Of a stretch of DNA of 60,787 nt, positions 10,200 through 21,296 are shown piece by piece. Position numbers and translations under genes: made by a program. The stretch spans positions 367 to 61,153 of the forward strand of contig DUDM01000058.1 of assembly GCA_012959275.1 (NCBI GenBank). Direction: 5' to 3'. The notes under the pieces were generated by a model that had not been told where the DNA came from, did no database searches, and worked only from the letters and a program-made list of their open reading frames with translations. The DNA is from Candidatus Poseidoniales archaeon (GTDB lineage: Archaea; Thermoplasmatota; Poseidoniia; Poseidoniales; Poseidoniaceae). Each line of letters opens with the position of its first letter. Positions within the stretch are counted from its first letter, which is position 1.

Positions 10200-11315
10200 A
10201 TGGCAACAATCGAAGAGCAGATTAAAACCATTCAGACTGAAATTGACAAGACCCAGAAGAATAAGGCCACCGAACATCACGTCGGTCGCTTGAAGGCAAA
10301 GATTGCCAAATTAAAGATGGCTCGAGAGAAAGCCGACGCCCACGCAAAAGCCAGCGGCGGAGGTAAAGGCTTCGAAGTCAAGAAGAGCGGGGATGCAACC
10401 GTTGCCTTGGTAGGATTCCCTTCGGTTGGAAAATCAACCCTAATCAACCAGGTCACCGATGCTAAATCCGAAACTGCAGGATATGCTTTCACTACTCTCA
10501 CATGTATTCCAGGTGTGATGGAACATAGAGGGGCTAAAATCCAGATCCTTGACCTGCCTGGGCTGATAAAAGGGGCTGCAAATGGAAAAGGACGAGGCCG
10601 AGAAATACTCAATGTGATTCGTTCATCAGACATGGTCTTGTACATTGTTGACCCCTTTCAAGATGCCCATTTCAGAGTTTTACACAAAGAATTGGAACTT
10701 GCTGGAATGCGCTTAAATGAAGGAAAACCTCCTGTTTTTATCAGCCGTACAGATAGAGGCGGAATAGATGTACGAACTACAGTTGAACAAACCCGATTAA
10801 CTGACGAACAAATTTCGGATATCATTCGTGAGTTCGGTTATACGTCAGCAATCGTCACCTTGAGAACGGATGTCTCAGCCGACCAAATTGTTGATATCTT
10901 AGCAGGCAATAGAATTTATTCGAAGGCTGTTGTTGCAATTAATAAAATCGATATCGCCAAAGAAGAACAGTTGGTACATATGGAAAATATGCTACCAAAG
11001 GGCTGGCCACTGATGAGAATCTCCGCATTCAAGGGTGATGGCCTTGAGGAGTTGAAGGATTTTATCTATGATAACCTCGGCTTTATGCGAGTATTTCTTA
11101 AACCACAAGGCCAAGAGGCTGATATGGAAGAGCCACTCATTATCAAAGATACAAGCAGAGTGGAGGATGTGTGCAATAACCTGCACCGAGACTTTGTCAG
11201 AAAGTTCAGATTTGGCAGAGTGAAGGGCCCATCTGCTAAATTTGATTGGCAAAGAGTAGGGCTGGATCATTTGCTTAAAGATGGCGATATTCTAACCATC
11301 ATTACGAGACGTTGA
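10200..11315 (+). CDS. drg: DRG-family (OBG-like) GTPase with TGS domain
   Basis: KNKATEHH, GFPSVGKST, YAFTTLT, DLPGLI, NKID, C-terminal TGS; RBS GGGGAG. Confidence 0.95.
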   Translation: MATIEEQIKTIQTEIDKTQKNKATEHHVGRLKAKIAKLKMAREKADAHAKASGGGKGFEVKKSGDATVALVGFPSVGKSTLINQVTDAKSETAGYAFTTLTCIPGVMEHRGAKIQILDLPGLIKGAANGKGRGREILNVIRSSDMVLYIVDPFQDAHFRVLHKELELAGMRLNEGKPPVFISRTDRGGIDVRTTVEQTRLTDEQISDIIREFGYTSAIVTLRTDVSADQIVDILAGNRIYSKAVVAINKIDIAKEEQLVHMENMLPKGWPLMRISAFKGDGLEELKDFIYDNLGFMRVFLKPQGQEADMEEPLIIKDTSRVEDVCNNLHRDFVRKFRFGRVKGPSAKFDWQRVGLDHLLKDGDILTIITRR

Positions 11316-11324
11316 GGTGAAAAA

Positions 11325-12272
11325 ATGGACTCAGGATTAGATTTTTTGAATAAGATTCACGATCGTATTCCAGTATCCTTAGAGATTCTACCTCCAAATA
11401 GAGGACTCGGACTGGATGCAATTCATTCATTCTTTGAGGGCTTGAAACCATGGAAACCTGCCTTTGTCAGTGTAACGTATCATCAGGCCTTCAAAGTTGA
11501 AGAAAATGAAAGTAGGATTTGGAATCGTAAGAAACCTGGCACCATTGGAGTATGTGCAATGTTAAAATTTCAATATGGTTTGAAAGTCATACCCCACGTT
11601 ATTTGTGGTGGTTTCTCATCATTTGAATCAGAAGATTTTCTTGTAGATTTGGATTATTTAGGATTGGATACGATTCTTGCATTAAGAGGCGACCCCAAAA
11701 AGGGGGATGCTGAATTCAAACATCACCGAGACGGACACCGTTATGCTTCTGAACTCGTTGACCAAGTAATGCGCTTGAACATGGGTGAATACATGGAAGA
11801 TGTCAAAGAAGCAAAATCAACTTCCTTTGTAGTCGGAGTTGCAGCCTATCCCGAAAAACACCGTGAAGCGGTTAGTTTAGATGTTGACATTCAAAATTTG
11901 AGGAATAAAGTAAATGCTGGCGCTTCCTTCATCATTACTCAAATGTTCTTTGATAATCAGGTATACTTTGATTTTGTTGAAAGAGCAAGAAATGCAGGAA
12001 TTACAATACCTATTATCCCAGGTCTAAAAATAATCACCAGTAAAAGACAAGTCGAAATATTACCTGAAATTTTTCATACAAAAATGCCTGCTGACTTGTG
12101 TAGTATTATTCAGAGATGTGAAAATGATTTTGAGGCGACGGAAATCGGAATCAAGCATGCAATTTCTCAATTTAAGGGATTAGAAGAGTATGGAGTGCCA
12201 TGTATCCACTTATTTAGCATGAATAATCTCACGCCAATTACTTCTTTATTGAAGGGTGTTCAACGTATATAG
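11325..12272 (+). CDS. metF: 5,10-methylenetetrahydrofolate reductase
   Basis: SLEILPP, FVSVTY, LALRGD, AAYPEKH, KVNAGA, ITQMFFD. Confidence 0.95.
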   Translation: MDSGLDFLNKIHDRIPVSLEILPPNRGLGLDAIHSFFEGLKPWKPAFVSVTYHQAFKVEENESRIWNRKKPGTIGVCAMLKFQYGLKVIPHVICGGFSSFESEDFLVDLDYLGLDTILALRGDPKKGDAEFKHHRDGHRYASELVDQVMRLNMGEYMEDVKEAKSTSFVVGVAAYPEKHREAVSLDVDIQNLRNKVNAGASFIITQMFFDNQVYFDFVERARNAGITIPIIPGLKIITSKRQVEILPEIFHTKMPADLCSIIQRCENDFEATEIGIKHAISQFKGLEEYGVPCIHLFSMNNLTPITSLLKGVQRI

Positions 12273-12293
12273 AGGAGGAAATACCGGCAAGGT

Positions 12294-12313
12294 CTTGATA
12301 AGCACTTGTCAAG
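12294..12313 (+). promoter_or_regulatory. 20-bp inverted repeat overlapping the putative metK TATA-like box
   Basis: CTTGATAAG-CA-CTTGTCAAG, one mismatch between arms; TTGATA lies 30 nt before the metK ATG. Confidence 0.5.
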
Positions 12314-12324
12314 TCGGCGGGTCT

Positions 12325-13575
12325 ATGAGTCAAGGCCACTTGTTTACTTCTGAATCCGTTGCTGCTGGGCATCCTGACAAATTGTGCGATAATATTTCAG
12401 ATGCAATTCTAGATGCTTGCCTTTCCGTAGACCCTAGTGCGAGGGTTGCGGTTGAGACATTAGTCAAGGCAATGGATGATGGTTCTCATATCGTTATAGC
12501 GGGAGAAGTTTCCATTCATGGCGGACACACAGTCGACTACGAGGCAATCGCCCGTAAAACTGCCAGCGAAATCGGCTATACAAGCCATGATTATGGAATG
12601 TGCGCAAACGATAGTGAAAGTTGTAAAGTTCAACTTTTTCTCAGTTCGCAATCAGAAGATATTTCACAAGGAGTCAACGAAGGAGAAGGTATGTTTGAAT
12701 CTCAAGGGGCTGGCGACCAAGGTCTGATGTTTGGATATGCAACAGATGAAAGTGAATCATGGGATGAGTTGAAGGGGTTTTACATGCCTCTGCCAATATT
12801 ACTCAGTCAAAGATTGACAATGGCTCTAAGCGCTGCTGGTCTGAATGGGACCCTTGAATGGGCAAGGCCTGATGCCAAAAGCCAAGTAACAATTGAGTAT
12901 TCTGCAGAAGGAAAGCCTATTCGCTGTGAGACAATTGTTGTTGCAATTCAACACGATGACCTACTCGGTATGTTTGATGGAGATGAGTCCAAAGAACAAC
13001 AGTATTTCCAGAGCCAAGTTGTCGAACACATCATCAACAAGGTCATCCCATCTCAATTAATGGATGAAGAAACTAATGTTATTGTAAATGGTACAGGACG
13101 CTTCGAAAAAGGTGGACCTCATGCAGATGCAGGCCTAACTGGTCGTAAGATTATCGTTGACACTTATGGTGGAATGGGGCGCCATGGTGGAGGTGCATTT
13201 AGCGGCAAGGACCCAAGTAAAGTAGACAGGTCAGCAGCCTATGCATCGCGTTGGGCTGCAAAACACATTATCGCTGCAGGACTTGCACAGAGATGCGAAA
13301 TCCAACTTGCATATGCAATTGGAGTTGCAGAACCCATCAGCATCAGAGTGGAGTCATTTGGCACAGGAACTATTCCTGACTCCGAAATTTCAGAGCGCTT
13401 GGCCAAAGCCTTCGATTTCCGCCCAGCAGCAATTATTTCAGAACTCGGGCTACTCAAACCAATCTTCAAGCGAACCGCTGCTGGCGGACACTTTGGAAGA
13501 GTTCCAGAGGACGATGGTGGATTCAGTTGGGAAGCTCTTGACCAAGCAAAAATTGCTATTCTGCAAAACCAGTGA
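12325..13575 (+). CDS. metK: S-adenosylmethionine synthetase, bacterial/eukaryotic type
   Basis: [50 protein letters not shown]. Confidence 0.97.
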   Translation: MSQGHLFTSESVAAGHPDKLCDNISDAILDACLSVDPSARVAVETLVKAMDDGSHIVIAGEVSIHGGHTVDYEAIARKTASEIGYTSHDYGMCANDSESCKVQLFLSSQSEDISQGVNEGEGMFESQGAGDQGLMFGYATDESESWDELKGFYMPLPILLSQRLTMALSAAGLNGTLEWARPDAKSQVTIEYSAEGKPIRCETIVVAIQHDDLLGMFDGDESKEQQYFQSQVVEHIINKVIPSQLMDEETNVIVNGTGRFEKGGPHADAGLTGRKIIVDTYGGMGRHGGGAFSGKDPSKVDRSAAYASRWAAKHIIAAGLAQRCEIQLAYAIGVAEPISIRVESFGTGTIPDSEISERLAKAFDFRPAAIISELGLLKPIFKRTAAGGHFGRVPEDDGGFSWEALDQAKIAILQNQ

Positions 13576-15017
13576 GGACTGATTCAATGTTGATGGAGGA
13601 GGATAATTTGCAGATAGAAGATTACCAAGTGGCTGATATCAGCCTTGCAGACTGGGGTCGTAAAGAAATTGACATCGCAGAGCATGAAATGCCTGGATTA
13701 ATGTCAGTTCGTGCTAAATATTCGCCGGAGAAGCCTTTGGCTGGAGTGCGTGTAACCGGCTCACTGCATATGACAATTCAAACCGCAGTGCTTCTTGAAA
13801 CCCTAGTTGAACTGGGCGCAACAGTACGTTGGGCAAGTTGCAATATTTACTCTACTCAAGACCATGCTGCAGCCGCTATCGCAGTAACTGGAGTTCCAGT
13901 ATTCGCTTGGAAGGGAGAAACTTTGGAAGAATACTGGGATTGTACATTCAAAGCGCTTGACCATGGAAATGGACTTGGACCTCAACTAATCGTCGACGAT
14001 GGTGGAGATGCGACACTTCTCCTTCACCGTGGCTATGAATTAGAAAATGGCTCTAACTGGGTTAACGAAGCAACCTCCAACCATGAAGAACAAGTTATCA
14101 AAAATTTACTCAAGAAAATTCATTCCGAAAGGCCATCATATTGGAAATCTGTTGTAGAAGAGTGCAAGGGAGTTTCTGAAGAAACAACTACTGGAGTTCA
14201 CAGGCTCTATCAATGGGTGAAAACTGGTTCCCTATTATTCCCAGCAATCAATGTTAATGACTCGGTTACGAAGTCAAAGTTCGACAATCTATACGGCTGC
14301 CGTGAGTCACTTATCGATGGAATAAAGCGTGCTACCGATGTTATGATTGCAGGTAAAACTGCTGTTGTTTGTGGCTACGGAGATGTCGGAAAAGGCTCTG
14401 CACAGGCATTGAAGGCAATGGGAGCAAAAGTCATCGTAACTGAAATTGATCCAATCTGTGCTCTTCAAGCAGCAATGGAAGGCTTTTATGTTCAGACTGT
14501 CGAAGATACATTAGGAACTGCAGACATCTATGTTACTACCACTGGGAACAAGGATGTCATCACCCTATCGCATATGGAAGCGATGAAGGACCAAGCAATT
14601 GTTTGCAACATTGGTCACTTTGACAATGAAATTCAGGTCGATGCCTTGGAAGCACGAGAAGATGTTGATTGCCTAAACATCAAGCCTCAAGTTGACAAGT
14701 TCACTTTCCCTGCTGGAAATTGTATCTTCCTCTTGGCCTCAGGTCGCTTGGTTAACCTTGGTTGTGCAACTGGACATCCAAGTTTTGTCATGTCCAATAG
14801 TTTCACCAACCAGACTTTGGCCCAAATGGACCTTTGGAAGAACAAAGAAACTTACGAGAATGATGTTTACATCTTACCAAAGCACCTCGATGAAGAGGTT
14901 GCAAGATTACACTTGGAAAAAATTGGCTGCAAATTGACCACAATGACTGAGGAACAATCAGAATATCTCAACGTGCCAAAGTCTGGACCCTACAAGCCTG
15001 AACACTACAGGTACTGA
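13572..15017 (+). CDS. ahcY: Adenosylhomocysteinase (SAH hydrolase)
   Basis: [45 protein letters not shown]; carries the long insert. True start may be 13587 or 13593. Confidence 0.97.
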   Translation: MRTDSMLMEEDNLQIEDYQVADISLADWGRKEIDIAEHEMPGLMSVRAKYSPEKPLAGVRVTGSLHMTIQTAVLLETLVELGATVRWASCNIYSTQDHAAAAIAVTGVPVFAWKGETLEEYWDCTFKALDHGNGLGPQLIVDDGGDATLLLHRGYELENGSNWVNEATSNHEEQVIKNLLKKIHSERPSYWKSVVEECKGVSEETTTGVHRLYQWVKTGSLLFPAINVNDSVTKSKFDNLYGCRESLIDGIKRATDVMIAGKTAVVCGYGDVGKGSAQALKAMGAKVIVTEIDPICALQAAMEGFYVQTVEDTLGTADIYVTTTGNKDVITLSHMEAMKDQAIVCNIGHFDNEIQVDALEAREDVDCLNIKPQVDKFTFPAGNCIFLLASGRLVNLGCATGHPSFVMSNSFTNQTLAQMDLWKNKETYENDVYILPKHLDEEVARLHLEKIGCKLTTMTEEQSEYLNVPKSGPYKPEHYRY

Positions 15018-15024
15018 ATGATGG

Positions 15025-18000
15025 ATGATGGAGATGGACGCCTCGCGTATATCCTCCTTCAAGGAATTACTCGCTCAACGTATCCTAATCATCGATGGTG
15101 CAATGGGCACCATGCTACAACGCTATGACCTTGAGGAAGAGGATTTCAGAAACGATTCCCTCAAGGAGCATCAAATTGACCTTAAAGGAAATAACGATTT
15201 GCTTGTTCTAACAAAACCTGAAGTTGTCAAGGAAGTACATCTTCAATATTTTGAAGCAGGGGCAGATATTGTCGAGACCAATACATTCGGCGCCACAAGT
15301 ATTGCTCAATCTGAATACGGACTTTCCCACTTGGCCTATGAAATGAACTTCACTGCGGCTAAGATTGCACGAGAGGCTGCGGAGGAATGTTCTGAAAATA
15401 GTGGTAGGTCTTGTTTCGTTGCTGGTGCAATTGGCCCAACCAATATCACACTTTCAGCATCTGCTGATGTAGATGATGCTTCATCACGAGCCTCTACTTG
15501 GGACGAGGTCTATGCAGCCTATGTTGAACAGGTAAAAGGCCTGATTGACGGGGGTTCCGACATTATCTTGATAGAAACAATATTCGATGTTTTGAATTCA
15601 AAGGCAGCAATAAAAGCGACTCTCGATGTCTTTGAAGAACTTGAAATTGAATTACCGATTATTATCTCGGTTACTTTCATTCAAGAAGGAGGAGACCGAA
15701 CCGTATTTGGACAAAGTGTCGAAGCCTTCTGGGAGACTATTAGACATGCAAAACCAATCTGTGTTGGATTGAATTGTGGACTCGGCGCATCTGGGTTGCG
15801 AGGTAAACTACAGACTCTCTCTCGAATTGCTGATACAAATATCCACATTTATCCAAATGCTGGCTTACCCAATCCCCTTTCCCCTTCAGGCTTTGATGAG
15901 ACTCCCGAAATCACCGCTGCTCACATCCAACATTTGGCAAAGGACGGATTGTTGAACTTAGTAGGGGGATGCTGTGGAACAACCCCCACACACATCAAAG
16001 CAATTGCACAGGCAATGAAGGGAATCGCGCCCCGTGAAATCCCTACTCATGAACGCCTTCCGAGTTATGCAGGACTCGATACTTTTGTCGTTAGAAAAGA
16101 CTCCAATATGGTGATGATCGGAGAGCGAACCAATGTCACCGGTTCGGCTCTATTCAGGAGATTGATTACCTCAAATGACTTGGAAGCAGCCGTTGAAGTT
16201 GCAACAGACCAAATAAAAAATGGTGCGAATATACTCGATGTCAACATGGATGAAGGCCTAATTGACAGCGAGTTGATGATGACTAAGTTCCTCAATATTA
16301 TCGCTACAGAACCAGATATCTGCTGTGTTCCAGTGATGATTGACTCCTCCAAGTGGAGCGTTATCGAAGCCGGCTTGAAATGTGTTCAAGGAAAACCAAT
16401 TGTAAATTCCATTTCACTAAAGGAAGGAGAAAAGGAGTTTCTCCGCCAAGCCAAGGAAATCCGCCGCTATGGGGCGGCTGTTGTCGTCATGGGTTTTGAT
16501 GAAGAAGGGCAGGCAGATACAATTGAAAGAAAAGTAAGTATTGCAAAAAGAGCACATCAGTTGCTTATCGATGAAGCCGGATTCGACCCAACAGATATCA
16601 TTCATGATCCAAATATCTTAGCAATCGCAACTGGGATGGAAGAGCATAATGAATATGCCATCAACTTCATTGAAGCCACTTCTTCGATAAGAGAACAGTG
16701 TCCAGGTGCAATGGTTAGTGGAGGAGTTAGCAACCTGTCATTCTCGTTCAGAGGAAATGATCAAGTTAGGGCTGCAATTCATGCTGTATTTCTCAAACAT
16801 GCTATCGATGCTGGGTTATCGATGGCAATTATCAACCCTGCTCACCTAACCATTTTGGAAAATGTGGACCCTGAACTTCAGCAATTGGCAATTGATGTGG
16901 TATTGAATAAACGCGATGATGCAACGGATAGATTGGTTGCTTCTGCGAATAAATATTCAGGAAAGCAAGAAAAGAAAGAAGAAACTCAGCAATGGAGGAC
17001 ACTACCTGTTGAGGAAAGATTGTCGTATTCATTGGTAAATGGAATCTCAGAATTCGTAGAAGCCGATGCAGCAGAAGTTTTGGCAATATTGCAAGAGCCT
17101 CTGCAAGTTATTGAGGGGCCATTGATGGCTGGAATGGCCGTGGTTGGTGAATTATTCGGTTCGGGACAGATGTTCTTACCGCAAGTTGTGAAGAGTGCTA
17201 GGGTCATGAAAAGAGCCGTCGCTTATCTTGAACCATTCATGCAAAAAGAAGGTGATGTGCACAAAGGCAGAGGTCAAGTTGTTATGGCTACTGTCAAGGG
17301 AGATGTTCATGACATTGGCAAGAACATCGTAGGTATTGTTCTCCAATGCAATGATTATGTTGTCCACGACCTTGGTGTCATGGTTTCATGTGAAGAAATA
17401 CTGGCAAAGGCAGATGAAGTTGGGGCCGATTTCATTGGCCTTTCAGGCCTAATCACTCCATCTCTTGATGAGATGATGAGAGTGGCAGCAGAAATGCAAC
17501 GCAGAGATATGAAAACTCCACTACTCATTGGTGGTGCAACCACCTCAAGGCAGCATACAGCGGTCAGAATATCTCCAAAATATCAGCATGAAGTAGTGCA
17601 TGTCAAGGATGCATCTTTGGTATCTGGGATTCTTTCAAATCTCTTAGATGATGTCAGAAGGATTGAATTCAACGCTAAATTAGAAAAAGAAGAAGCACGA
17701 TTAACTGCACTTCACCAAAAGAAAATGTCTAACCCATTACTCAGCCTTGACAAAGCAAAGGCAAGGGCTCCAAGCCTAGTTTTTGATGATTCAACGATGC
17801 CAACCCCCGATAAACTAGGATTAGTAGTTGAAGAAATTAGTTTAGAAGAAGCATCAACATACATCGACTGGACTTTCTTCTTCACTGCCTGGCAGATAAA
17901 AGGAAAATATCCGGCAATTCTAGAGGATGTCGAAAAGGGTGAAGTGGCTCGAGAATTATTCGAAGATGGACAGGAAATGTTGGATAATATAATCGCTGAT

Positions 18001-18690
18001 AAATTGATGCAAATTAAGGCCATCAGAGGATTTTGGCCGGCATATTCAGATGGTGATGATATTCATGTCCAATCGACGACAGGGGACTCTAAACTTGGGA
18101 CATTTGTCATGCTGCGTCAACAGAGGGACCACTCAAAATCCTCAAATTATTCACTCTCAGATTTTATTTGCCCAGATGGAGATCATATTGGCGCCTTCGC
18201 GGTTTCGGTACATGGTGCTGAAGAAATGTGCAAGCAGTTTGAAGCAGAAAAAGATGACTATTCTTCGATAATGGCAAAAGCCATTGCTGATAGGTTGGCA
18301 GAAGCAAGTGCAGAATTATTACATTCAAGGGCCAGAAAATCTTGGGGATTCGGAGATAGTAATGATACCGATTTACAGACTCTATTGAAAGAGGATTATC
18401 GCTCAATAAGACCGGCTTTCGGCTATCCAGCCTGCCCTGACCATAGCGAGAAGAGATTATTGTTTGACTTGCTTGAAGCAGAAAACCATGGGTTTATTCT
18501 AACCGATTCATTTGCTACTTACCCTGCTGCTTCAGTATCTGGGATATATTTGGCACATCCTGAGGCTCATTATTTTGCTATTAATCGGGTTGATGAAACA
18601 CAAGTAATGGATATTGCTAGAAGAAAAGGAACTTCAAGACGTGATGCCGAGTATTGGTTAGCTTCGATTATTGATTATGATCCAGATTGA
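15025..18690 (+). CDS. metH: Cobalamin-dependent methionine synthase, full four-module form
   Basis: [30 protein letters not shown] (B12 motif), [12 protein letters not shown] (activation domain). Confidence 0.97.
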   Translation: MMEMDASRISSFKELLAQRILIIDGAMGTMLQRYDLEEEDFRNDSLKEHQIDLKGNNDLLVLTKPEVVKEVHLQYFEAGADIVETNTFGATSIAQSEYGLSHLAYEMNFTAAKIAREAAEECSENSGRSCFVAGAIGPTNITLSASADVDDASSRASTWDEVYAAYVEQVKGLIDGGSDIILIETIFDVLNSKAAIKATLDVFEELEIELPIIISVTFIQEGGDRTVFGQSVEAFWETIRHAKPICVGLNCGLGASGLRGKLQTLSRIADTNIHIYPNAGLPNPLSPSGFDETPEITAAHIQHLAKDGLLNLVGGCCGTTPTHIKAIAQAMKGIAPREIPTHERLPSYAGLDTFVVRKDSNMVMIGERTNVTGSALFRRLITSNDLEAAVEVATDQIKNGANILDVNMDEGLIDSELMMTKFLNIIATEPDICCVPVMIDSSKWSVIEAGLKCVQGKPIVNSISLKEGEKEFLRQAKEIRRYGAAVVVMGFDEEGQADTIERKVSIAKRAHQLLIDEAGFDPTDIIHDPNILAIATGMEEHNEYAINFIEATSSIREQCPGAMVSGGVSNLSFSFRGNDQVRAAIHAVFLKHAIDAGLSMAIINPAHLTILENVDPELQQLAIDVVLNKRDDATDRLVASANKYSGKQEKKEETQQWRTLPVEERLSYSLVNGISEFVEADAAEVLAILQEPLQVIEGPLMAGMAVVGELFGSGQMFLPQVVKSARVMKRAVAYLEPFMQKEGDVHKGRGQVVMATVKGDVHDIGKNIVGIVLQCNDYVVHDLGVMVSCEEILAKADEVGADFIGLSGLITPSLDEMMRVAAEMQRRDMKTPLLIGGATTSRQHTAVRISPKYQHEVVHVKDASLVSGILSNLLDDVRRIEFNAKLEKEEARLTALHQKKMSNPLLSLDKAKARAPSLVFDDSTMPTPDKLGLVVEEISLEEASTYIDWTFFFTAWQIKGKYPAILEDVEKGEVARELFEDGQEMLDNIIADKLMQIKAIRGFWPAYSDGDDIHVQSTTGDSKLGTFVMLRQQRDHSKSSNYSLSDFICPDGDHIGAFAVSVHGAEEMCKQFEAEKDDYSSIMAKAIADRLAEASAELLHSRARKSWGFGDSNDTDLQTLLKEDYRSIRPAFGYPACPDHSEKRLLFDLLEAENHGFILTDSFATYPAASVSGIYLAHPEAHYFAINRVDETQVMDIARRKGTSRRDAEYWLASIIDYDPD

Positions 18691-18698
18691 AAACCTGT

Positions 18699-18743
18699 CG
18701 CGTGCGCGGCTGTATTGCTTTTTGATGTTCAGCGCACGCTAAG
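18699..18743. repeat. 45-bp hairpin element, copy 1 (convergent metH/antiporter gap), followed by T-rich tract
   Basis: 35/45 identical to 53626-53670; stem GCGTGCG/CGCACGC. Confidence 0.85.
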
Positions 18744-18782
18744 GTTGACGTTTTCGTTGCTTTTTTGCTTTTAGTGAAAACC

Positions 18783-20480
18783 TCAACCCTCACTCGCTTG
18801 TGGCAACGGAACTTCGCCCATCAAGCCACTTTCCTCAAGAAGAATAATTAAGTCAGTGTCCAATTTCCATCTCAAATCATGACTGGTATGCTCAGAAATT
18901 AGACCTTGTCGTTCTGCATCATCAACTGCTCTTTGGCGAATCGCCAAAAGTCGCGCATCTAGTCTTCCTTGCAATCTCTCTTTGAATGATTTATCTTCAT
19001 TTAACTCCTGAAGTAATTCCTTGGATTCGGAGATTTGTTTCTTCTCTTTCTTGATTGCCTCAAGCAACTGTTCTTCAGGAGCAATGCCCATCTTATGCAT
19101 CCTCTCTAATTCAATCAATGCAGCCCCACTAGACATCAGAGTAGCAATTGCAATCTCGAATTTTTCACTATTACCATCAGATTCCTTGCCTAATCCCAAC
19201 TTATTCATCAGCGGAGTGATGGTCATTCCTTGCACAATTAGAGTGAAGATGACAACTCCCGATGCCATCAGCAACATATCATCATAGACGCCAGACGGTA
19301 GATTGGCCGCTACATCTGCATTAGGATGAAGGATCCATTGGTCAAGCAAAATTAGCATCAGTGCCAAAGGAATACTACCTCTTAGGCCACCCCAGAAAAT
19401 GACATGTCTCCAAGGCTTGGGGATGTCTGAATCAGGACTCCAGCGGGTAACCAATTCGCACATTGGATAAACTGCCAGTCTTGCTACCGTCGCAGCAAAG
19501 ATTCCAATGATGACCATGAAGAAGGCATTGGATGAAGGTGAAAGCCTATTCATCATTTCAAAGCCGATTAAGAGGAATAGCACGCTATTCATCAAGAAAG
19601 CAACCATCTCCCAAAAGTGGTCCAAGCCAACTCTTGCCTGAGGAGTCATCGCTTTCAACTTACCAATATTTCCAACCATCATTCCTGCCACAACTACTGC
19701 AATTACTCCGCTTCCATGGTAAGTTTCAGCCATTAGGAAAGAGCCAAATGCAACTGCTACTGTTATGGTGACTTCCAGTAAATGGTTGCGCGTCCATACT
19801 AATGCTTGATTAGCAGCAAAGCCAAATATTGCGCCGATAATTGAACCTATAATGACCATTTGAAGGAACATTAGACTTCCTTCAACCAAGATTCCTTGGA
19901 TACCTGTTGAGGCCCCAGATAAATCTGCAACAACTAATGCTGCCATTACCTGAAAAAGGACGACGCCTGTACCATCATTGTAGAGCGACTCACTCTCGAC
20001 AATGGTACTCAACTGGTGGGGTGCACCACATTCCTTGAATAATGCAAGAACACTCACTGGGTCAGTAGGTGCTAGGACCGCCCCTAACAATAATGCAAAT
20101 AGCAACATTTCTTGACGGGCATCCCAAACTAACCACCAAATGATTAGGCCAATGACAAACATTGATAGTAGCACAACTGGAACTGCTAAGAGAGTAGTCA
20201 ACCGCCAATTTTGTTTGAAAGAAGAAAATGATAACTTACTCGCTCCATCAAATAACAGTGGTGGTAATATCAGGTAAAGGATGACTGAAGCCGATAGGAT
20301 TCCAGATAATTCAATTTGAAAGAGGTTGTCAAATCTCGACATTAAACCAAGTATCAAACCCGCAATCACTAATGCAATGGTGTAGGGCATTTTGAAGCGG
20401 CGAATTACCAATGCTACCATTATTGCTAAAGTTAAGGCACCAAGAATAGGGGCAAGGGCCGAAGGTGGAACTGCGCTCAT
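18783..20480 (-). CDS. CPA1-family Na+/H+ antiporter (NhaP/NhaG-like)
   Basis: LPPLLF, PTDPVSV, ESLYNDG and GGLRG motifs; about 12 TM helices. Confidence 0.93.
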   Translation of the reverse strand: MSAVPPSALAPILGALTLAIMVALVIRRFKMPYTIALVIAGLILGLMSRFDNLFQIELSGILSASVILYLILPPLLFDGASKLSFSSFKQNWRLTTLLAVPVVLLSMFVIGLIIWWLVWDARQEMLLFALLLGAVLAPTDPVSVLALFKECGAPHQLSTIVESESLYNDGTGVVLFQVMAALVVADLSGASTGIQGILVEGSLMFLQMVIIGSIIGAIFGFAANQALVWTRNHLLEVTITVAVAFGSFLMAETYHGSGVIAVVVAGMMVGNIGKLKAMTPQARVGLDHFWEMVAFLMNSVLFLLIGFEMMNRLSPSSNAFFMVIIGIFAATVARLAVYPMCELVTRWSPDSDIPKPWRHVIFWGGLRGSIPLALMLILLDQWILHPNADVAANLPSGVYDDMLLMASGVVIFTLIVQGMTITPLMNKLGLGKESDGNSEKFEIAIATLMSSGAALIELERMHKMGIAPEEQLLEAIKKEKKQISESKELLQELNEDKSFKERLQGRLDARLLAIRQRAVDDAERQGLISEHTSHDLRWKLDTDLIILLEESGLMGEVPLPQASEG

Positions 20481-20541
20481 AGCCCTTGAGACAACGATAT
20501 ACCACTTATGCATTGACCCTTCAGCGAGGATGCGGATGGGT

Positions 20542-20856
20542 TTACCAAATGCCCATATCCATCAAGGCATCTTCAGAAGCATGAGTTTTAGCGTCCCACC
20601 TCGGACTCCAAATCAAATTAATGTGAACACTATCAACACCTTCAGTTGATAGAGCAGCCAGATGAGCAGCAGCCATTATTTCAGCAGCCATTGGACAGCC
20701 TGGTGAAGTCAAAGTCATATCTACCTCAGCGTGAATCCCTTCATTCTTATCCTCAAACCGAACAGCATATACCAAGCCAAGTTCTACTATTGAGATATCT
20801 AATTCAGGGTCAACTACAGATTGCATCGATTCTTTGACCATTTCCTCGTCAACCAT
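20542..20856 (-). CDS. DUF59/SufT (PaaD-like) Fe-S assembly factor
   Basis: DPELDISIVELGLVY, MTLTSPGCP. Confidence 0.9.
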   Translation of the reverse strand: MVDEEMVKESMQSVVDPELDISIVELGLVYAVRFEDKNEGIHAEVDMTLTSPGCPMAAEIMAAAHLAALSTEGVDSVHINLIWSPRWDAKTHASEDALMDMGIW

Positions 20857-20858
20857 AT

Positions 20859-21284
20859 TTACTCCCCCAATAATGCTGCTTCTTGCTGCACCTTCTTGAA
20901 CATGTTTAGAAAACCATTAGCCCTTGAAGGAGATAATGCTTCTTTCAACCCCATTTCCTCAACATATGTAGGTGAAAATATTGCTACTTCTGCTAGGCTT
21001 AGGCCTTCAAGAGCGATAGCGGTGATTGAAATCAATCCTTGAACTAATTTAGAATCTGCAGCCCCTCGAAGATGAAAAGTTCCATCCTCATTCAAACATG
21101 CTAATACATGTGCTTCAGATTGACAACCATGAACTTTGGTTGATGGAGTCCATTCTGATATCGGTAATTCATCAACATCATCTGCTAATTCAAAGAGCAT
21201 TTCATAGCGCTCTGAAGTATCGAAAGCGGCGGAAAAATCCTCGATAATTTCTAATAATTTCTCAGGCCATTCTGTTGTTGCCAT
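20859..21284 (-). CDS. sufE: Sulfur acceptor SufE
   Basis: VHGCQS, DSKLVQG, LSPSRANG. Confidence 0.92.
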   Translation of the reverse strand: MATTEWPEKLLEIIEDFSAAFDTSERYEMLFELADDVDELPISEWTPSTKVHGCQSEAHVLACLNEDGTFHLRGAADSKLVQGLISITAIALEGLSLAEVAIFSPTYVEEMGLKEALSPSRANGFLNMFKKVQQEAALLGE

Positions 21285-21296
21285 AATCAAAACCAC

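Noticed and set aside
12272-12325. SAM/SAH riboswitch before metK or ahcY
   Set aside because: The gap is only about 52 nt, with no recognisable SAM-I/II/V or SAH consensus; ahcY overlaps or abuts metK.
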